Origin: Rhodospirillaceae bacterium
GTDB taxonomy: Bacteria; Pseudomonadota; Alphaproteobacteria; Bin65
Assembly: GCA_011523655.1 (NCBI GenBank)
Contig: WTGH01000015.1
Coordinates: 4,661-68,660 of the forward strand
Length of the DNA: 64,000 nt
Direction: 5' to 3'
This document shows, piece by piece, positions 35,571 through 45,148 of the stretch. Position 1 is the stretch's first letter, and each line of letters opens with the position of its first letter. A program made the position numbers and the translations under genes. The notes beneath the pieces were generated by a model. It made no database searches and was not told the origin of the DNA. It worked only from the letters and a program-made list of their open reading frames with translations.

Positions 35571-37826
35571 CTATTGTCCGGCCCGCCCGGCCCGGCGCGT
35601 TTCGGCGGCCATGCTGCGGATCGCGGCGACCGTGCCGCCTTCGGTCAGGATCTGCGGCAGCACCATCGGCGTTTTCGGCGATCCTTTCGGCGGATAGATA
35701 ACATAGAGCGGCACGCCGGAGCGGCCGAACCTTGCGAGATGTCCGGTGATGACCGGGTCGCGGCGCGTCCAGTCGCCCTTGAGCGCCGCCATGCCGGCCG
35801 CGTCGACCGCCCGCCGGACGCTCTCCAGGCGCAGCACCACCTTTTCGTTGGCGATGCAGGTGATGCACCAGGCCGCCGTGAAGTTGATGAAGACCGGCCG
35901 GCCCTGCGCACGCAACGCCGCCAGCCGCGCTTCGCTGAACGGCTGCCAGGCGATACCCGTCACGGCGGCGCTCCCGGAGTCTGTCGTGGCGCTCGATCCG
36001 GGCGTTCTGGCAACCGGAGCGCCGCTTTCGGCAAAGCGCACCATCGCAAGCGCAGCGACGATGGCGGCCGCAGCCAGGCCGATCCCGGCAGGCCTCCAGC
36101 GGGGCGCGGCGCTTACGCTGGCCTGCCAGAGCCAGACCGCGAAGGCGATCAGGACGGCGCCGGCGAGCGCGCCGAGCAGCGCCGCATCGCCGGCCTGCAG
36201 CGACAGCACCCAGATCAGCCAGGCCGCGGTCGCGAACATCGGGAAGGCGAGGAACTGCTTGAACCGGACCATCCACGGCCCCGGCTTCGGAATCAGCCGC
36301 AGCAGGGTCGGCGACAGGCTGAGCAGCAGGAACGGCAGGGCAAGGCCGAAACCGAGGGCCAGCATGACGGCCATGGCGACGGCGGCGGTCTGGCCGAGCG
36401 CGAAGCCGACCGCCGCGCCCATGAAGGGCGCCGTGCAGGGTGTGGCCACGATCACGGCGAGCACGCCGGTGAAGAAGGAACCGCCGAGGCCGGACCGTTC
36501 CGCCAGCGCGCCGCCGATGCCGGCGAAACGGCCGCCGATTTCGAACAGGCCGGCGAAATTCAGCCCGATCAGCACCATCAGATAGGCCATGAGCAGGACG
36601 AATACGGGTTCCTGGAGCTGGAAGCCCCAGCCGGCCGCCGCCCCGGCGCTGCGCACCGCCAGCAGGACCGCGCCGACGACGGCAAAGCTCGCCAAAACGC
36701 CGGCGGTGTAGGCCGCGCCGTGCCGCGCCATGCCCCGGCCCCCGGCCCGACCCGAACTGGCGTGGCGCGCGAAGCTGAGCCCCTTGACCGCCAGCACCGG
36801 CAGGACGCAGGGCATCAGGTTCAGGATCAGGCCGCCGAGAAAAGCGAGGACGACGGCCTCCCAGAAGCCGATGAGCGGCGGAGCGGCGGCCTCGGTCGCC
36901 GTCAGCCGGAAGGCCTGGGTCGCGACCATGCCGTCGCCGAGCCGTTCCTTGACGACCAGCAGGCCGCCCACGTCCGTTATCGGTTTCGCCGCCTTGCCGC
37001 GCTGCGTCTCCAGGATGAGCGCGCGGTCGGTCACCGTCAGCTTCTGCGGCGCGGCATATTTCACCACGCCGTGGCCGTAGGGGTAGAACCACGCGTCCTC
37101 GATGACGTCGCGCTTCAAACCTTCTGCTGCAACATCGAGCCGGAACCTCTTGCCGTCAAAGCGGTATTCTGCGGTCCATGGCGACGGTTTCGGCAGCGCG
37201 GCACGCGCCTTCGCGAAGATCGGCCCGGCGCGGAAATCGGCGATCGGCGGGTCGCCGGCGACCGGCAGATCGAGCGTCAGCACCCCCACCTCCGGAATGC
37301 AGACCTCTTCGCACACCAGCCATGACACGCTCGCGGTCAGCGTCGCCGTCTCGCCGGGCCGCGCGTCCTTCGGCACCGAAATCGGCACCATGTGGATCGC
37401 TTCGCCGCTGTAGCCGTAGTTGACCAGCGGGCCGACCGGAAGGCGCTCCGGCGGCGGCCAGACGATATCGCCGGCCTCGTAGCCCGGTGGCAGCACCCAG
37501 TCGATCCGCGTCGCCTCGCCCGAATCGCCGGCGTTGCGCCAGTAGGTGTGCCACTTCGGGATGATCCTGAAGACGAGGGCGACCCAGGCGGTCGTGCCCG
37601 GCCGCAGGGTGACATGCTCGCTGAGCAGTTCGGCGGTGACGTGCTTCGTCCGGAAAACGCTGTCGGCCGGCGCGTCTTGCGGCGCACCGCCCTGCGGCGT
37701 CAGGCCCGGCAGGTCGAGACCGCGCAACGTCCCCGGCTGCGAGGTCTGCGCAATGGCCTGTCCCACGGGCGCAAGCCCCGCGAGAAGCGCAGCGCACAGG
37801 GTCCAGCGAAGAAATCTGCCAATCAT
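35571..37826 (-). CDS. DsbD/ScsB-family thiol:disulfide interchange (protein-disulfide reductase) membrane protein
   Basis: The ATG at 37826 gives a signal peptide and an N-terminal periplasmic domain. The central TM domain carries LMPCVLPVL and ATPCTAPFMG cysteines, and the C-terminal thioredoxin domain carries AAWCITC. Confidence 0.85.
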   Translation of the reverse strand: MIGRFLRWTLCAALLAGLAPVGQAIAQTSQPGTLRGLDLPGLTPQGGAPQDAPADSVFRTKHVTAELLSEHVTLRPGTTAWVALVFRIIPKWHTYWRNAGDSGEATRIDWVLPPGYEAGDIVWPPPERLPVGPLVNYGYSGEAIHMVPISVPKDARPGETATLTASVSWLVCEEVCIPEVGVLTLDLPVAGDPPIADFRAGPIFAKARAALPKPSPWTAEYRFDGKRFRLDVAAEGLKRDVIEDAWFYPYGHGVVKYAAPQKLTVTDRALILETQRGKAAKPITDVGGLLVVKERLGDGMVATQAFRLTATEAAAPPLIGFWEAVVLAFLGGLILNLMPCVLPVLAVKGLSFARHASSGRAGGRGMARHGAAYTAGVLASFAVVGAVLLAVRSAGAAAGWGFQLQEPVFVLLMAYLMVLIGLNFAGLFEIGGRFAGIGGALAERSGLGGSFFTGVLAVIVATPCTAPFMGAAVGFALGQTAAVAMAVMLALGFGLALPFLLLSLSPTLLRLIPKPGPWMVRFKQFLAFPMFATAAWLIWVLSLQAGDAALLGALAGAVLIAFAVWLWQASVSAAPRWRPAGIGLAAAAIVAALAMVRFAESGAPVARTPGSSATTDSGSAAVTGIAWQPFSEARLAALRAQGRPVFINFTAAWCITCIANEKVVLRLESVRRAVDAAGMAALKGDWTRRDPVITGHLARFGRSGVPLYVIYPPKGSPKTPMVLPQILTEGGTVAAIRSMAAETRRAGRAGQ

Positions 37827-37953
37827 TCCGGGGCGTTTCCGATCTGCCCGATCGTGTGCCGCAATATGGGTGGTCCAACGGGGCGAAAACAAGCGGGCGC
37901 GGCTTCGCGGACCATCACGTTCGCGCCAGCCGCGGCCCGGCGCTGCCGCCGCC

Positions 37954-39246
37954 TCAGTGCATGAGCTGCGGCAGGAACAGGGCGATGTCCGGCACAGCGA
38001 CGATCAGCGCCAGGCCGACCAGGCTGGCGACGACAAAGGGCCAGACTCCGGCGAAGATCGCCCACAGGCTGACATCCTCCAGCACCGTCTTGACGATGAA
38101 GACGTTCATGCCGATCGGCGGCGTGATCAGGCCGATTTCGACGACGATGATGGCGACGATGCCGAACCAGATCAGGTCGACGTCGAGCGGCGTGAGGATG
38201 GCGGCGAAGATCGGCACCGTGAGCAGCAGCATGGCGAGGCTGTCGAAGACGCAGCCGAACAGCAGGTAGATCACGCACATGGCGATCACGACGCCGACCG
38301 CCGAGACGTCGAGCGACTGGATGAAGTCGACCATCGCCGCGGTCAGGCCGGCCAGGTTGACGAAGTTGGAAAAGATCAGCGCCCCGAACGCGACGATGAA
38401 GATCATGCCCGACGTGATGCCGGCCTCGACCAGTGAGTCGACGAATTCGCGCCACGGCATCCGGCGGCGCAGCAGCGCGAAGACTAGGGCGCCGGCCGCG
38501 CCGATCCCGGCGGCTTCGGTCGGCGTGAAGATGCCGAAATAGATGCCGCCCAGGACGAGCACGAACAGCGCGACGACGCCCCAGACCCGGCCCAGATGGG
38601 GCCATCTGGCAGCCCAGGGAATGCGCTCGCCCGGCGGGCCGAGCGCCGGCCTGACGCTGGTCACCGCCCAGACGGCGGCCAGATAGGCGAAGATCAGCAG
38701 GATGCCGGGAATAACGCCGGCGATGAACAGCTTGCCGATGTCGCTCTCGGTCAGAATGCCGTAGATCACCATCGGCACGCTGGGCGGAATGAGAATTCCG
38801 AGGGTGCCGCCCGCCGCCACCGAGCCCGCCGCCAGGCTGTCGGCATAGCCGAACCGCCGCATCGACGGCATCGCCACCTTCGCCATCGTGGCCGCGGTCG
38901 CCAGCGAACTGCCGGAAACGGCGGCGAAAGCGCCGCAGGCCGCCACCGTCGCCATCGCGAGCCCGCCGCGCCGGTGGCCGAGCCAGGCGTTGGTCGCGTC
39001 GTAAAGGTCGGACGAAAGCTGCGCCCGGTGGATGAAGGTCCCCATCAGGATGAACAGCGGCAGTACCGAGAAGCCGAAATTGGTCGACAGGTCGACGATC
39101 TGCTGGCCGGCCATTTCGATGCCCGGCAGCAGGCCGCGCAGGAGGGCGAAACCGCCGAGCCCGACCAGGATCAGCGAAAAGCCGAGCGGTATTCCGGCAA
39201 AGCAGATGACGAACAGGACGACGAAGGCGATGGCGGATTCGAGCAC
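37954..39246 (-). CDS. TRAP transporter large permease (DctM family)
   Basis: A GTG at 39246 lies 2 nt after the dctQ stop and gives 430 aa (MLESAIAFVVLFV...), multi-TM. The upstream part of the 753-aa track ORF is out-of-frame read-through of dctQ and the next gene. Confidence 0.9.
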   Translation of the reverse strand: MLESAIAFVVLFVICFAGIPLGFSLILVGLGGFALLRGLLPGIEMAGQQIVDLSTNFGFSVLPLFILMGTFIHRAQLSSDLYDATNAWLGHRRGGLAMATVAACGAFAAVSGSSLATAATMAKVAMPSMRRFGYADSLAAGSVAAGGTLGILIPPSVPMVIYGILTESDIGKLFIAGVIPGILLIFAYLAAVWAVTSVRPALGPPGERIPWAARWPHLGRVWGVVALFVLVLGGIYFGIFTPTEAAGIGAAGALVFALLRRRMPWREFVDSLVEAGITSGMIFIVAFGALIFSNFVNLAGLTAAMVDFIQSLDVSAVGVVIAMCVIYLLFGCVFDSLAMLLLTVPIFAAILTPLDVDLIWFGIVAIIVVEIGLITPPIGMNVFIVKTVLEDVSLWAIFAGVWPFVVASLVGLALIVAVPDIALFLPQLMH

Positions 39247-39248
39247 GG

Positions 39249-39806
39249 TCAGAAATCGCCGACCGGGCCGCGCCGGTCGCGGCGGAAACCGTGGCGCAGG
39301 TCGTAGACGATCATGGCAAGCTGGATCGCCAGTGCGACGACGGTCAGCCCGCTCATGACGAAGGCGATGGGGTAGAGCGGCAGTTCGACGAAGCCGGTGA
39401 TCTGCCCGCTGTTGCGCAGCGAGAAGCCCTGGTGCCACAGCAGCCAGGCGATGACCGCCAGGCCGCCCGCGCTGACCAGCATCACGGCCAGTCTCTGCAC
39501 CCGATCCAGCCCGCGCCGGCGGAACAGTCCCTCGAAGATCGAGACGACGATGTGGCCTTCGGTCCAGGTGATCAGCGGCAGGGCGCAGAAGATCAGGAAG
39601 GCGAGCATGAACTGGATGTACTCGAAAGCCCCCGGCAATGGCGCGTTGAACAGGTAGCGCAGGAAAACGTCGACAAAGATCAGCGCCATCATGCCGAACA
39701 CGTCGATGGCGATCAGCGCGCGCAGGGCCTTGCGCAGCAACCGGGGCAGCGGCATGGCGCCTTCGTTCGCGCCGGCGCCCGTCGCCTCGTTGTCGGCAGC
39801 GGTCAC
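39249..39806 (-). CDS. TRAP transporter small permease (DctQ family)
   Basis: 185 aa with 4 TM segments. Start is GTG at 39806 or ATG at 39755. Confidence 0.8.
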   Translation of the reverse strand: MTAADNEATGAGANEGAMPLPRLLRKALRALIAIDVFGMMALIFVDVFLRYLFNAPLPGAFEYIQFMLAFLIFCALPLITWTEGHIVVSIFEGLFRRRGLDRVQRLAVMLVSAGGLAVIAWLLWHQGFSLRNSGQITGFVELPLYPIAFVMSGLTVVALAIQLAMIVYDLRHGFRRDRRGPVGDF

Positions 39807-39848
39807 GGCGCGCCGGTCCGGCGGCGACTCGCTTTCCGCCGCGCGCGT

Positions 39849-40919
39849 CTATCCGGCGAGGCGGGCATGGAGATCGAGCAATCCGGCGATGGTTTCGGGC
39901 GGCCGCCGGCCGAAACCGCATTCCGTGGCGATGCCGTAGCGCGGCAGGTGCCGCGACGCCGCCGCCATCCGGCGTTCCGTCCCCGCCTCGCCGTCGGTGT
40001 CGTGGATCAGGCCGAGATAGAGCGCGGTTTCCGGCCGCTGCTCGAGCCCGTCCAGCGGGGCGAAATAGGCGTCGTCGTCGCGCCCGACCGGGACCGGCAT
40101 GTGGAGCCAGTGCAACGGCCGCGCCAGCCCGGCGGTCAGCGCATTGGCCACCTCCACCATCGCGCCCATGTCCTCCGGCTCGACGAAATGCTTGCCGCCG
40201 AAGCTGCCGTAGCACAGGTGGTAGCCCATCTCGATATCGGCGGGCACATGCGCGCCCATCCGGAGCATGCGCGCGACGATGCCGGGCCGGGCCGGCTCGA
40301 ACCAGGTTTCCCGCGCGCCGTCATAGGCCTGCATGTCGTGGGCGCAGTCCCACTGGATCGAGATTTCGTCGTGCGGCAGGCTTGCGGCGATCCGGTCGAC
40401 CTCCCGCTTGAGGCCGGCCTCCCAGCGCGGCTCGAGGAGCGCCCGCTGGTCCGGCGCGAAATGCTGGTTGACGGCGTTGAACGGCGTCGGAATGGCGATC
40501 ATGTAGCGGACATGGCCAGGCAGAACGCCGGCGTCCTTCGCCTTGCGGAATTCGGCGAAAGACTCGATCGCGTTCCGGGCATAGCCGATATCGTCGAACA
40601 CGACATCTTCTGCGGCCGCGCCGGGTTTCAGGCGATGCCAGGTCCGGTGCTTCCACCTCTCCGGCGCGGTCTCGTTGCGCCAGTCACCCTGTGAGATTGT
40701 CGCTTCGAGCAGCGGATGGGCGGCGAAGCCCGGCCCGAGCCATTCCAGCCAGCCCAGGCGCTCGCCGGTCTCGCCGTCCGGAATGCGCCGGATGGCGTGG
40801 CCCAGAAGGCTGCCGACCTCGGTGAACACGGCCGCGGCGTCGGGCAACGAAATGCTGCCGACCAGGAAAAGCTCGCGGGCGGACGACAGGCCCGCCGCCC
40901 GGTTCGGAATGGCTGACAC
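39849..40919 (-). CDS. MetE-C-terminal-like (cobalamin-independent methionine synthase fold) Zn-enzyme family protein, function unknown
   Basis: 356 aa. The motifs YHLCYG and ATECGFGRR parallel the MetE Zn-ligand motifs H-x-C and (D/E)CG. GTG start. Confidence 0.5.
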   Translation of the reverse strand: MSAIPNRAAGLSSARELFLVGSISLPDAAAVFTEVGSLLGHAIRRIPDGETGERLGWLEWLGPGFAAHPLLEATISQGDWRNETAPERWKHRTWHRLKPGAAAEDVVFDDIGYARNAIESFAEFRKAKDAGVLPGHVRYMIAIPTPFNAVNQHFAPDQRALLEPRWEAGLKREVDRIAASLPHDEISIQWDCAHDMQAYDGARETWFEPARPGIVARMLRMGAHVPADIEMGYHLCYGSFGGKHFVEPEDMGAMVEVANALTAGLARPLHWLHMPVPVGRDDDAYFAPLDGLEQRPETALYLGLIHDTDGEAGTERRMAAASRHLPRYGIATECGFGRRPPETIAGLLDLHARLAG

Positions 40920-41009
40920 GGATCGACGCCCCTTCTGGCGGATGACGGCGACGGCAACGCGGCAGCGCCGGGATCCCGGCCGGCGCTGCCGTTTGTCCGC
41001 AAGATCCGG

Positions 41010-42077
41010 CTACTTCATCGCCGCGGTCACCTTGGCGACTTCAGCGCGGAAGAAGTCGTAGGCCGCCTTGCCGTCGACGCCGAGCTTGTTGGCGCCCGCG
41101 ATCCATTCCTCGTGCATCGGCAGCCAGGCCTTGCGCAGCTCATCGACGAAGGCCGCGGGGGCGTCGAATACCTTGACCCCGATCTTGCGCAAGTTATCGG
41201 GCCCGTTCACGTCGGCGGCGTCCCAGTGCCGCGTGTAACCCGCGAGCGTTTCGCCGCCCATCCTGTCGAAGGCCTGCTTGTCCGCATCCGACAGGGAGTC
41301 CCACTTTTTCGGGTTGATCATCAGCGAGAACATCGCCGTGAACATGGAATCCGACAGAACGGTGCAGGATTTGGCGAACTGGGCGACGTTGAACCGGATC
41401 GATTCCTGCAGGCCCAGACCGGCGAAACCGTCGACAATGCCCTTGGAGACGATGGAATAGATGCGCACGGCCGGGCCGGGCACGACGGTGACGTCGAGCC
41501 GCTTCAGCCCCTGGGACGGATAGCCCGGCAGCGACCACATCTTCATCGTCTTGAGCGTGGCGACCGAATCGATCGGCTTGTCGGCCTTCAGGCTGCACAG
41601 GTCGCCGGGCGGCCCGCCGAAGAAGCCGATCAGCTTCACGCCGCTGTACTGGTTCTTTTTCGCGAAGAACTTGTTGTAGGTCCGCCACAGCGCGACCCCC
41701 TGGGCCGAGCCGCTGCGGCCCATGAACGGCAGCAGGGTGAGCTGGACCAGCGGGACCCGCCGGCGCAGGAAGCCGTTGAACTGGTACGCCATGTCCACCG
41801 TGCCGGTGCGCGCGATGTCGAACTGGCGCGGCGGCGGCGCGACACTGCTCGGCGGGAACTTGAAGGTGATGCGCCCGTTCGACGCCTTCGTCACCGCAGC
41901 GGCCCACGGCTTGACGATGCCGGTATTGATGATGTGCTTGGGCGGCGCGAACGCGTTGAACAGGATTTCGGTCTTCGCCTGGGCGGCGCCGGCAGCCATG
42001 CAAGTGAAAACCGCTGTGCTGCCCAGCACGGCCACGCGCTTCGCGGCAGCGCTCCGCGTATCGAATCGAATGCTCAT
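41010..42077 (-). CDS. TRAP transporter substrate-binding protein (DctP family)
   Basis: 355 aa with a signal peptide and a strong GAGGGAGGGG RBS. Confidence 0.85.
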   Translation of the reverse strand: MSIRFDTRSAAAKRVAVLGSTAVFTCMAAGAAQAKTEILFNAFAPPKHIINTGIVKPWAAAVTKASNGRITFKFPPSSVAPPPRQFDIARTGTVDMAYQFNGFLRRRVPLVQLTLLPFMGRSGSAQGVALWRTYNKFFAKKNQYSGVKLIGFFGGPPGDLCSLKADKPIDSVATLKTMKMWSLPGYPSQGLKRLDVTVVPGPAVRIYSIVSKGIVDGFAGLGLQESIRFNVAQFAKSCTVLSDSMFTAMFSLMINPKKWDSLSDADKQAFDRMGGETLAGYTRHWDAADVNGPDNLRKIGVKVFDAPAAFVDELRKAWLPMHEEWIAGANKLGVDGKAAYDFFRAEVAKVTAAMK

Positions 42078-42367
42078 GGATCCCCTCCCTCGATGATCTG
42101 GTCCGCATTTCCCGCCGCCCGAAGCGAAGCTCCGGGCGGAACGGCGCGATTACCGGCAAAATAGCTAACGGCGGCAACCCTTGTATACGCATTTTCGCAC
42201 CGGGCGGTGCGGCTGCAGACTGATGGCGGACCGTTTCCGCCCGTGGCGCAGGCCGGCGCCCATTCCGCCGCGGCGGCTGGCTACCGGCAATCGGGCCACT
42301 GGCAATCTGGAGGGGCGCTGGTGTAAACATCCGGCGACGGTTCCAGGCAGTTCGGGAGGAAAACGCC

Positions 42368-44011
42368 ATGGCCGGCTCGGTCGCCACGATCATGGACTAT
42401 CCGCTGACGCTCAATCACCTGCTCGGGCGGATGCGGGAGGTTTATCCGACGCGCGAGATCGTCTCCCAGCGGCCCGACAAGTCCGTCCTGCGCCAAACCT
42501 ACGCGGAGATCTGCGAACGGGCGGAGAAGCTGGCCCGGGCGCTCGTCCAAGCCGGCGTGAAGAAGGGCGACCGGGTGGCGACCCTGGCCTGGAACCACAG
42601 CGCGCATCTGGAATGCTACTACGGCATCCCGGCGGCCGGCGGCGTCATGCACACGCTGAACCTGCGCCTCGGCCCGGCGGATATCGGCTATATCGCGACC
42701 CACGCCGACGACCGGATCGTCATCGTCGACGACGTTCTCTTGCCGCTTTACGACCAGTTCAAGGACCGGATGCCCGCGCACCGCACCGTCGTCATCCCGT
42801 TCGGCGGGCCGGTCCCCGACGGCATGGAGAGCTACGAGGACTTCATCGAGACCGGCGACCCGGCAACCGGACTGCCGGAGATCGACGAAACCGACGGCTG
42901 CGCCATGTGCTACACCTCCGGCACGACCGGCGACCCCAAGGGTGTGATCTACTCGCACCGCGGGATGGTGCTGCATTCGATGGTCGGCGCCCAGCCCGAC
43001 ATGCTGAATTTCAGCATGAACGACTGCATCCTGCCGGTCGTGCCGATGTTCCATGCCAACGCCTGGGGCATCCCCTATGCCGCGACCATGACCGGCGCCA
43101 AGCTCGTCTTCCCCGGCCCGCATCTCGATCCCGACAGCCTGATCGCCCAGTTCATCGGCGAAGAGGTCACCTTCTCGGGCGGCGTGCCGACGGTCTGGCT
43201 CGGCATCATCCAGACCATCGAGAAGGACCCGGCGAAATACGAGGCGCTGCGCGGCCTGCGCACCGTGGTCGGCGGTTCGGCGGCGCCGCCCGCCGTGATC
43301 CGGCGCTTCCAGGATTTCGGCATCACCGTACTCCACGCCTGGGGCATGACGGAGATGTCGCCCCTCGGCACGGTCGCCAACGTCAAGCCGCATCTCGCTG
43401 GCCAGGGCGAAGAGATCTATTTCGACTACCGCTCGAAGCAGGGCTACGCCGCGCCCTTCGTCGACCTGCGCCACCGCGACGGCGACGGCAACATCCTGCC
43501 GTGGGACGGCGAATCGATGGGGGAACTGGAGGTGCGCGGGCCCTGGATCGCCAGCAGCTATTTCAACTATCCCGAGGCCGGCGACCGCTGGAGCGACGAC
43601 GGCTGGTTCCGCACCGGCGACATCGTGACCATGGACGGCGAGGGCTATGTCCAGATCACCGACCGCTCGAAGGACGTCATCAAGTCCGGCGGCGAATGGA
43701 TCAGCTCGGTCGACCTGGAGAACGCCATCATGGGCCATCCGGCGGTCAAGGAAGCCGCGGTGATCGCCCTGCCCCACACGAAATGGGACGAGCGCCCGCT
43801 TGCCTGCATCGTGCTCAAGGACGGCGCGGCGCTCACCAAGGCGGAGCTCGACGGCCACCTGCTCAGCGACTTCGCCAAGTGGCAGCTTCCCGACGACATC
43901 GTGGTGATCGACGAAGTGCCCAAGACCTCGACCGGAAAGTTCCAGAAACTCACCCTGCGCAACCGCTTCGCCGACTGGCAGTGGGGCGCGGACGCGCGCA
44001 AGGCCGGCTGA
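42368..44011 (+). CDS. AMP-dependent acyl-CoA synthetase (long/medium-chain fatty-acid--CoA ligase type)
   Basis: 547 aa. AMP-binding motif YTSGTTGDPKGV, and a C-terminal Lys region (KTSTGKFQK). Confidence 0.9.
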   Translation: MAGSVATIMDYPLTLNHLLGRMREVYPTREIVSQRPDKSVLRQTYAEICERAEKLARALVQAGVKKGDRVATLAWNHSAHLECYYGIPAAGGVMHTLNLRLGPADIGYIATHADDRIVIVDDVLLPLYDQFKDRMPAHRTVVIPFGGPVPDGMESYEDFIETGDPATGLPEIDETDGCAMCYTSGTTGDPKGVIYSHRGMVLHSMVGAQPDMLNFSMNDCILPVVPMFHANAWGIPYAATMTGAKLVFPGPHLDPDSLIAQFIGEEVTFSGGVPTVWLGIIQTIEKDPAKYEALRGLRTVVGGSAAPPAVIRRFQDFGITVLHAWGMTEMSPLGTVANVKPHLAGQGEEIYFDYRSKQGYAAPFVDLRHRDGDGNILPWDGESMGELEVRGPWIASSYFNYPEAGDRWSDDGWFRTGDIVTMDGEGYVQITDRSKDVIKSGGEWISSVDLENAIMGHPAVKEAAVIALPHTKWDERPLACIVLKDGAALTKAELDGHLLSDFAKWQLPDDIVVIDEVPKTSTGKFQKLTLRNRFADWQWGADARKAG

Positions 44012-44013
44012 CC

Positions 44014-44574
44014 GTGACCGGTTTCACCGACCGCGCGCAGGAGGGCGGCGACACGCTGCCGACCGCGCTGTTCGCCGCCGGCGATATCTCGAAGCGGATC
44101 GAATCGCTGGCCGGCGACATCGCCCGGGCGATGGGCCAGGAATTCGTGCTGCTCTGCGTCCTGAATGGCGCGTTCATCTTCACCGCCGACCTCGCCCGCG
44201 CCCTGGCGGCGCGCGGCTGCCGGCCGCGCATCGAGTTCGCCAGCTTCAAGAGTTACGGCAGTTCGACCGAGAGTTCCGGCCGAGTGCGGCTGGTCGGCGA
44301 GTTTCCGGGCAACCTGTCGGGCGAGCGGGTGCTGCTGGTCGACGACATTCTCGATACCGGCCGGACGCTGCTGACCGCGCGCATGATGGTGGAGGACGCC
44401 GGCGCCCAGACCGTCGCGACCTGCGTGCTGCTCGACAAGCCGGCGCGCCGCGAAGCGCCGGTCGAGGCCGACTATGTCGGCTTCGCCATCGACGACGTCT
44501 TCGTCGTCGGTTACGGCATCGATTACGCCGAGAAATTCCGCTGCCTGCCGGACCTGGCGCATATTTCCGGGTAG
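44014..44574 (+). CDS. hpt: hypoxanthine(-guanine) phosphoribosyltransferase
   Basis: A GTG at 44014 lies 2 nt after the ligase stop and gives 186 aa. PRPP motif VLLVDDILDTGRTL, and C-terminal VVGYGIDYAEKFR. Confidence 0.85.
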   Translation: MTGFTDRAQEGGDTLPTALFAAGDISKRIESLAGDIARAMGQEFVLLCVLNGAFIFTADLARALAARGCRPRIEFASFKSYGSSTESSGRVRLVGEFPGNLSGERVLLVDDILDTGRTLLTARMMVEDAGAQTVATCVLLDKPARREAPVEADYVGFAIDDVFVVGYGIDYAEKFRCLPDLAHISG

Positions 44575-44614
44575 TGGCGCGCCGCCTTGAATCGCTCGAA
44601 CGACGGGGCTTTCC

Positions 44615-45055
44615 ATGAACAAATCAAGAATAATTTCCAGCGTGCCGGGCGCCGGGAAGCTGGTCCTTGGGGCCGCCGCCTACACGGTCTGCACATTCGC
44701 TCTTGCCGTGGTCTGGCACGTCCTCCTGTTCAGGGAGAGCTACGAAGCGTTCGGCTATTTCGAGGGAGAGCCGGACTTTCTGGTCGGTCTGCTCACCATC
44801 GTGCTTCAGGGAATTCTGCTCTGCGCCCTGTTTCCGATGCTGAAGGCCGAGGGGAGCAGCATTCGGCGGGGGTTCCGGTTCGCTCTCATCGTCGGCGCCT
44901 TCTTCTGGACGTCCCACGTGCTCGCCTTCGTCGCCAGGCAGGAGGTTCCGGGCGCGTCTGCGTTCATCTGGATGGAAACGCTCTATCTCGCGCTCCAATT
45001 CGGCGTGTTCGGCCTGATTATCGGCCTCATCCACCGGGGACGAAATTCAGACTGA
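44615..45055 (+). CDS. hypothetical integral membrane protein (about 4 TM)
   Basis: 146 aa with hydrophobic helices. Codon usage looks consistent with neighbouring genes. No family recognised. Confidence 0.55.
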   Translation: MNKSRIISSVPGAGKLVLGAAAYTVCTFALAVVWHVLLFRESYEAFGYFEGEPDFLVGLLTIVLQGILLCALFPMLKAEGSSIRRGFRFALIVGAFFWTSHVLAFVARQEVPGASAFIWMETLYLALQFGVFGLIIGLIHRGRNSD

Positions 45056-45148
45056 CCCAACGCCCACACACGGCGCAAAAGAGAGGCGTGGGCAGACCCG
45101 GCGCATCGCCCTGGGCGTATCCGCCTTGGATGGAGCAGTGGGGCCAAG

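Noticed and set aside
34894-40215. Long N-terminal extensions in the track ORFs 34894-37092 (732 aa), 35547-37325 (+) and 37954-40215 (753 aa). The same applies to 45288-46901, 47773-49146 and 16661-19468.
   Set aside because: In each case a downstream start with an RBS, a signal peptide or a family-typical N-terminus gives a protein of normal length. The extension overlaps the neighbouring gene in another frame and is Arg/Pro-rich.
42181-44574. 797-aa plus-strand ORF apparently fusing the acyl-CoA ligase region to hpt
   Set aside because: Only the last ~186 codons (from the GTG at 44014) encode a recognisable Hpt. The upstream 600 codons are an out-of-frame reading of the ligase gene, whose true frame (42368-44011) carries the AMP-binding motifs.
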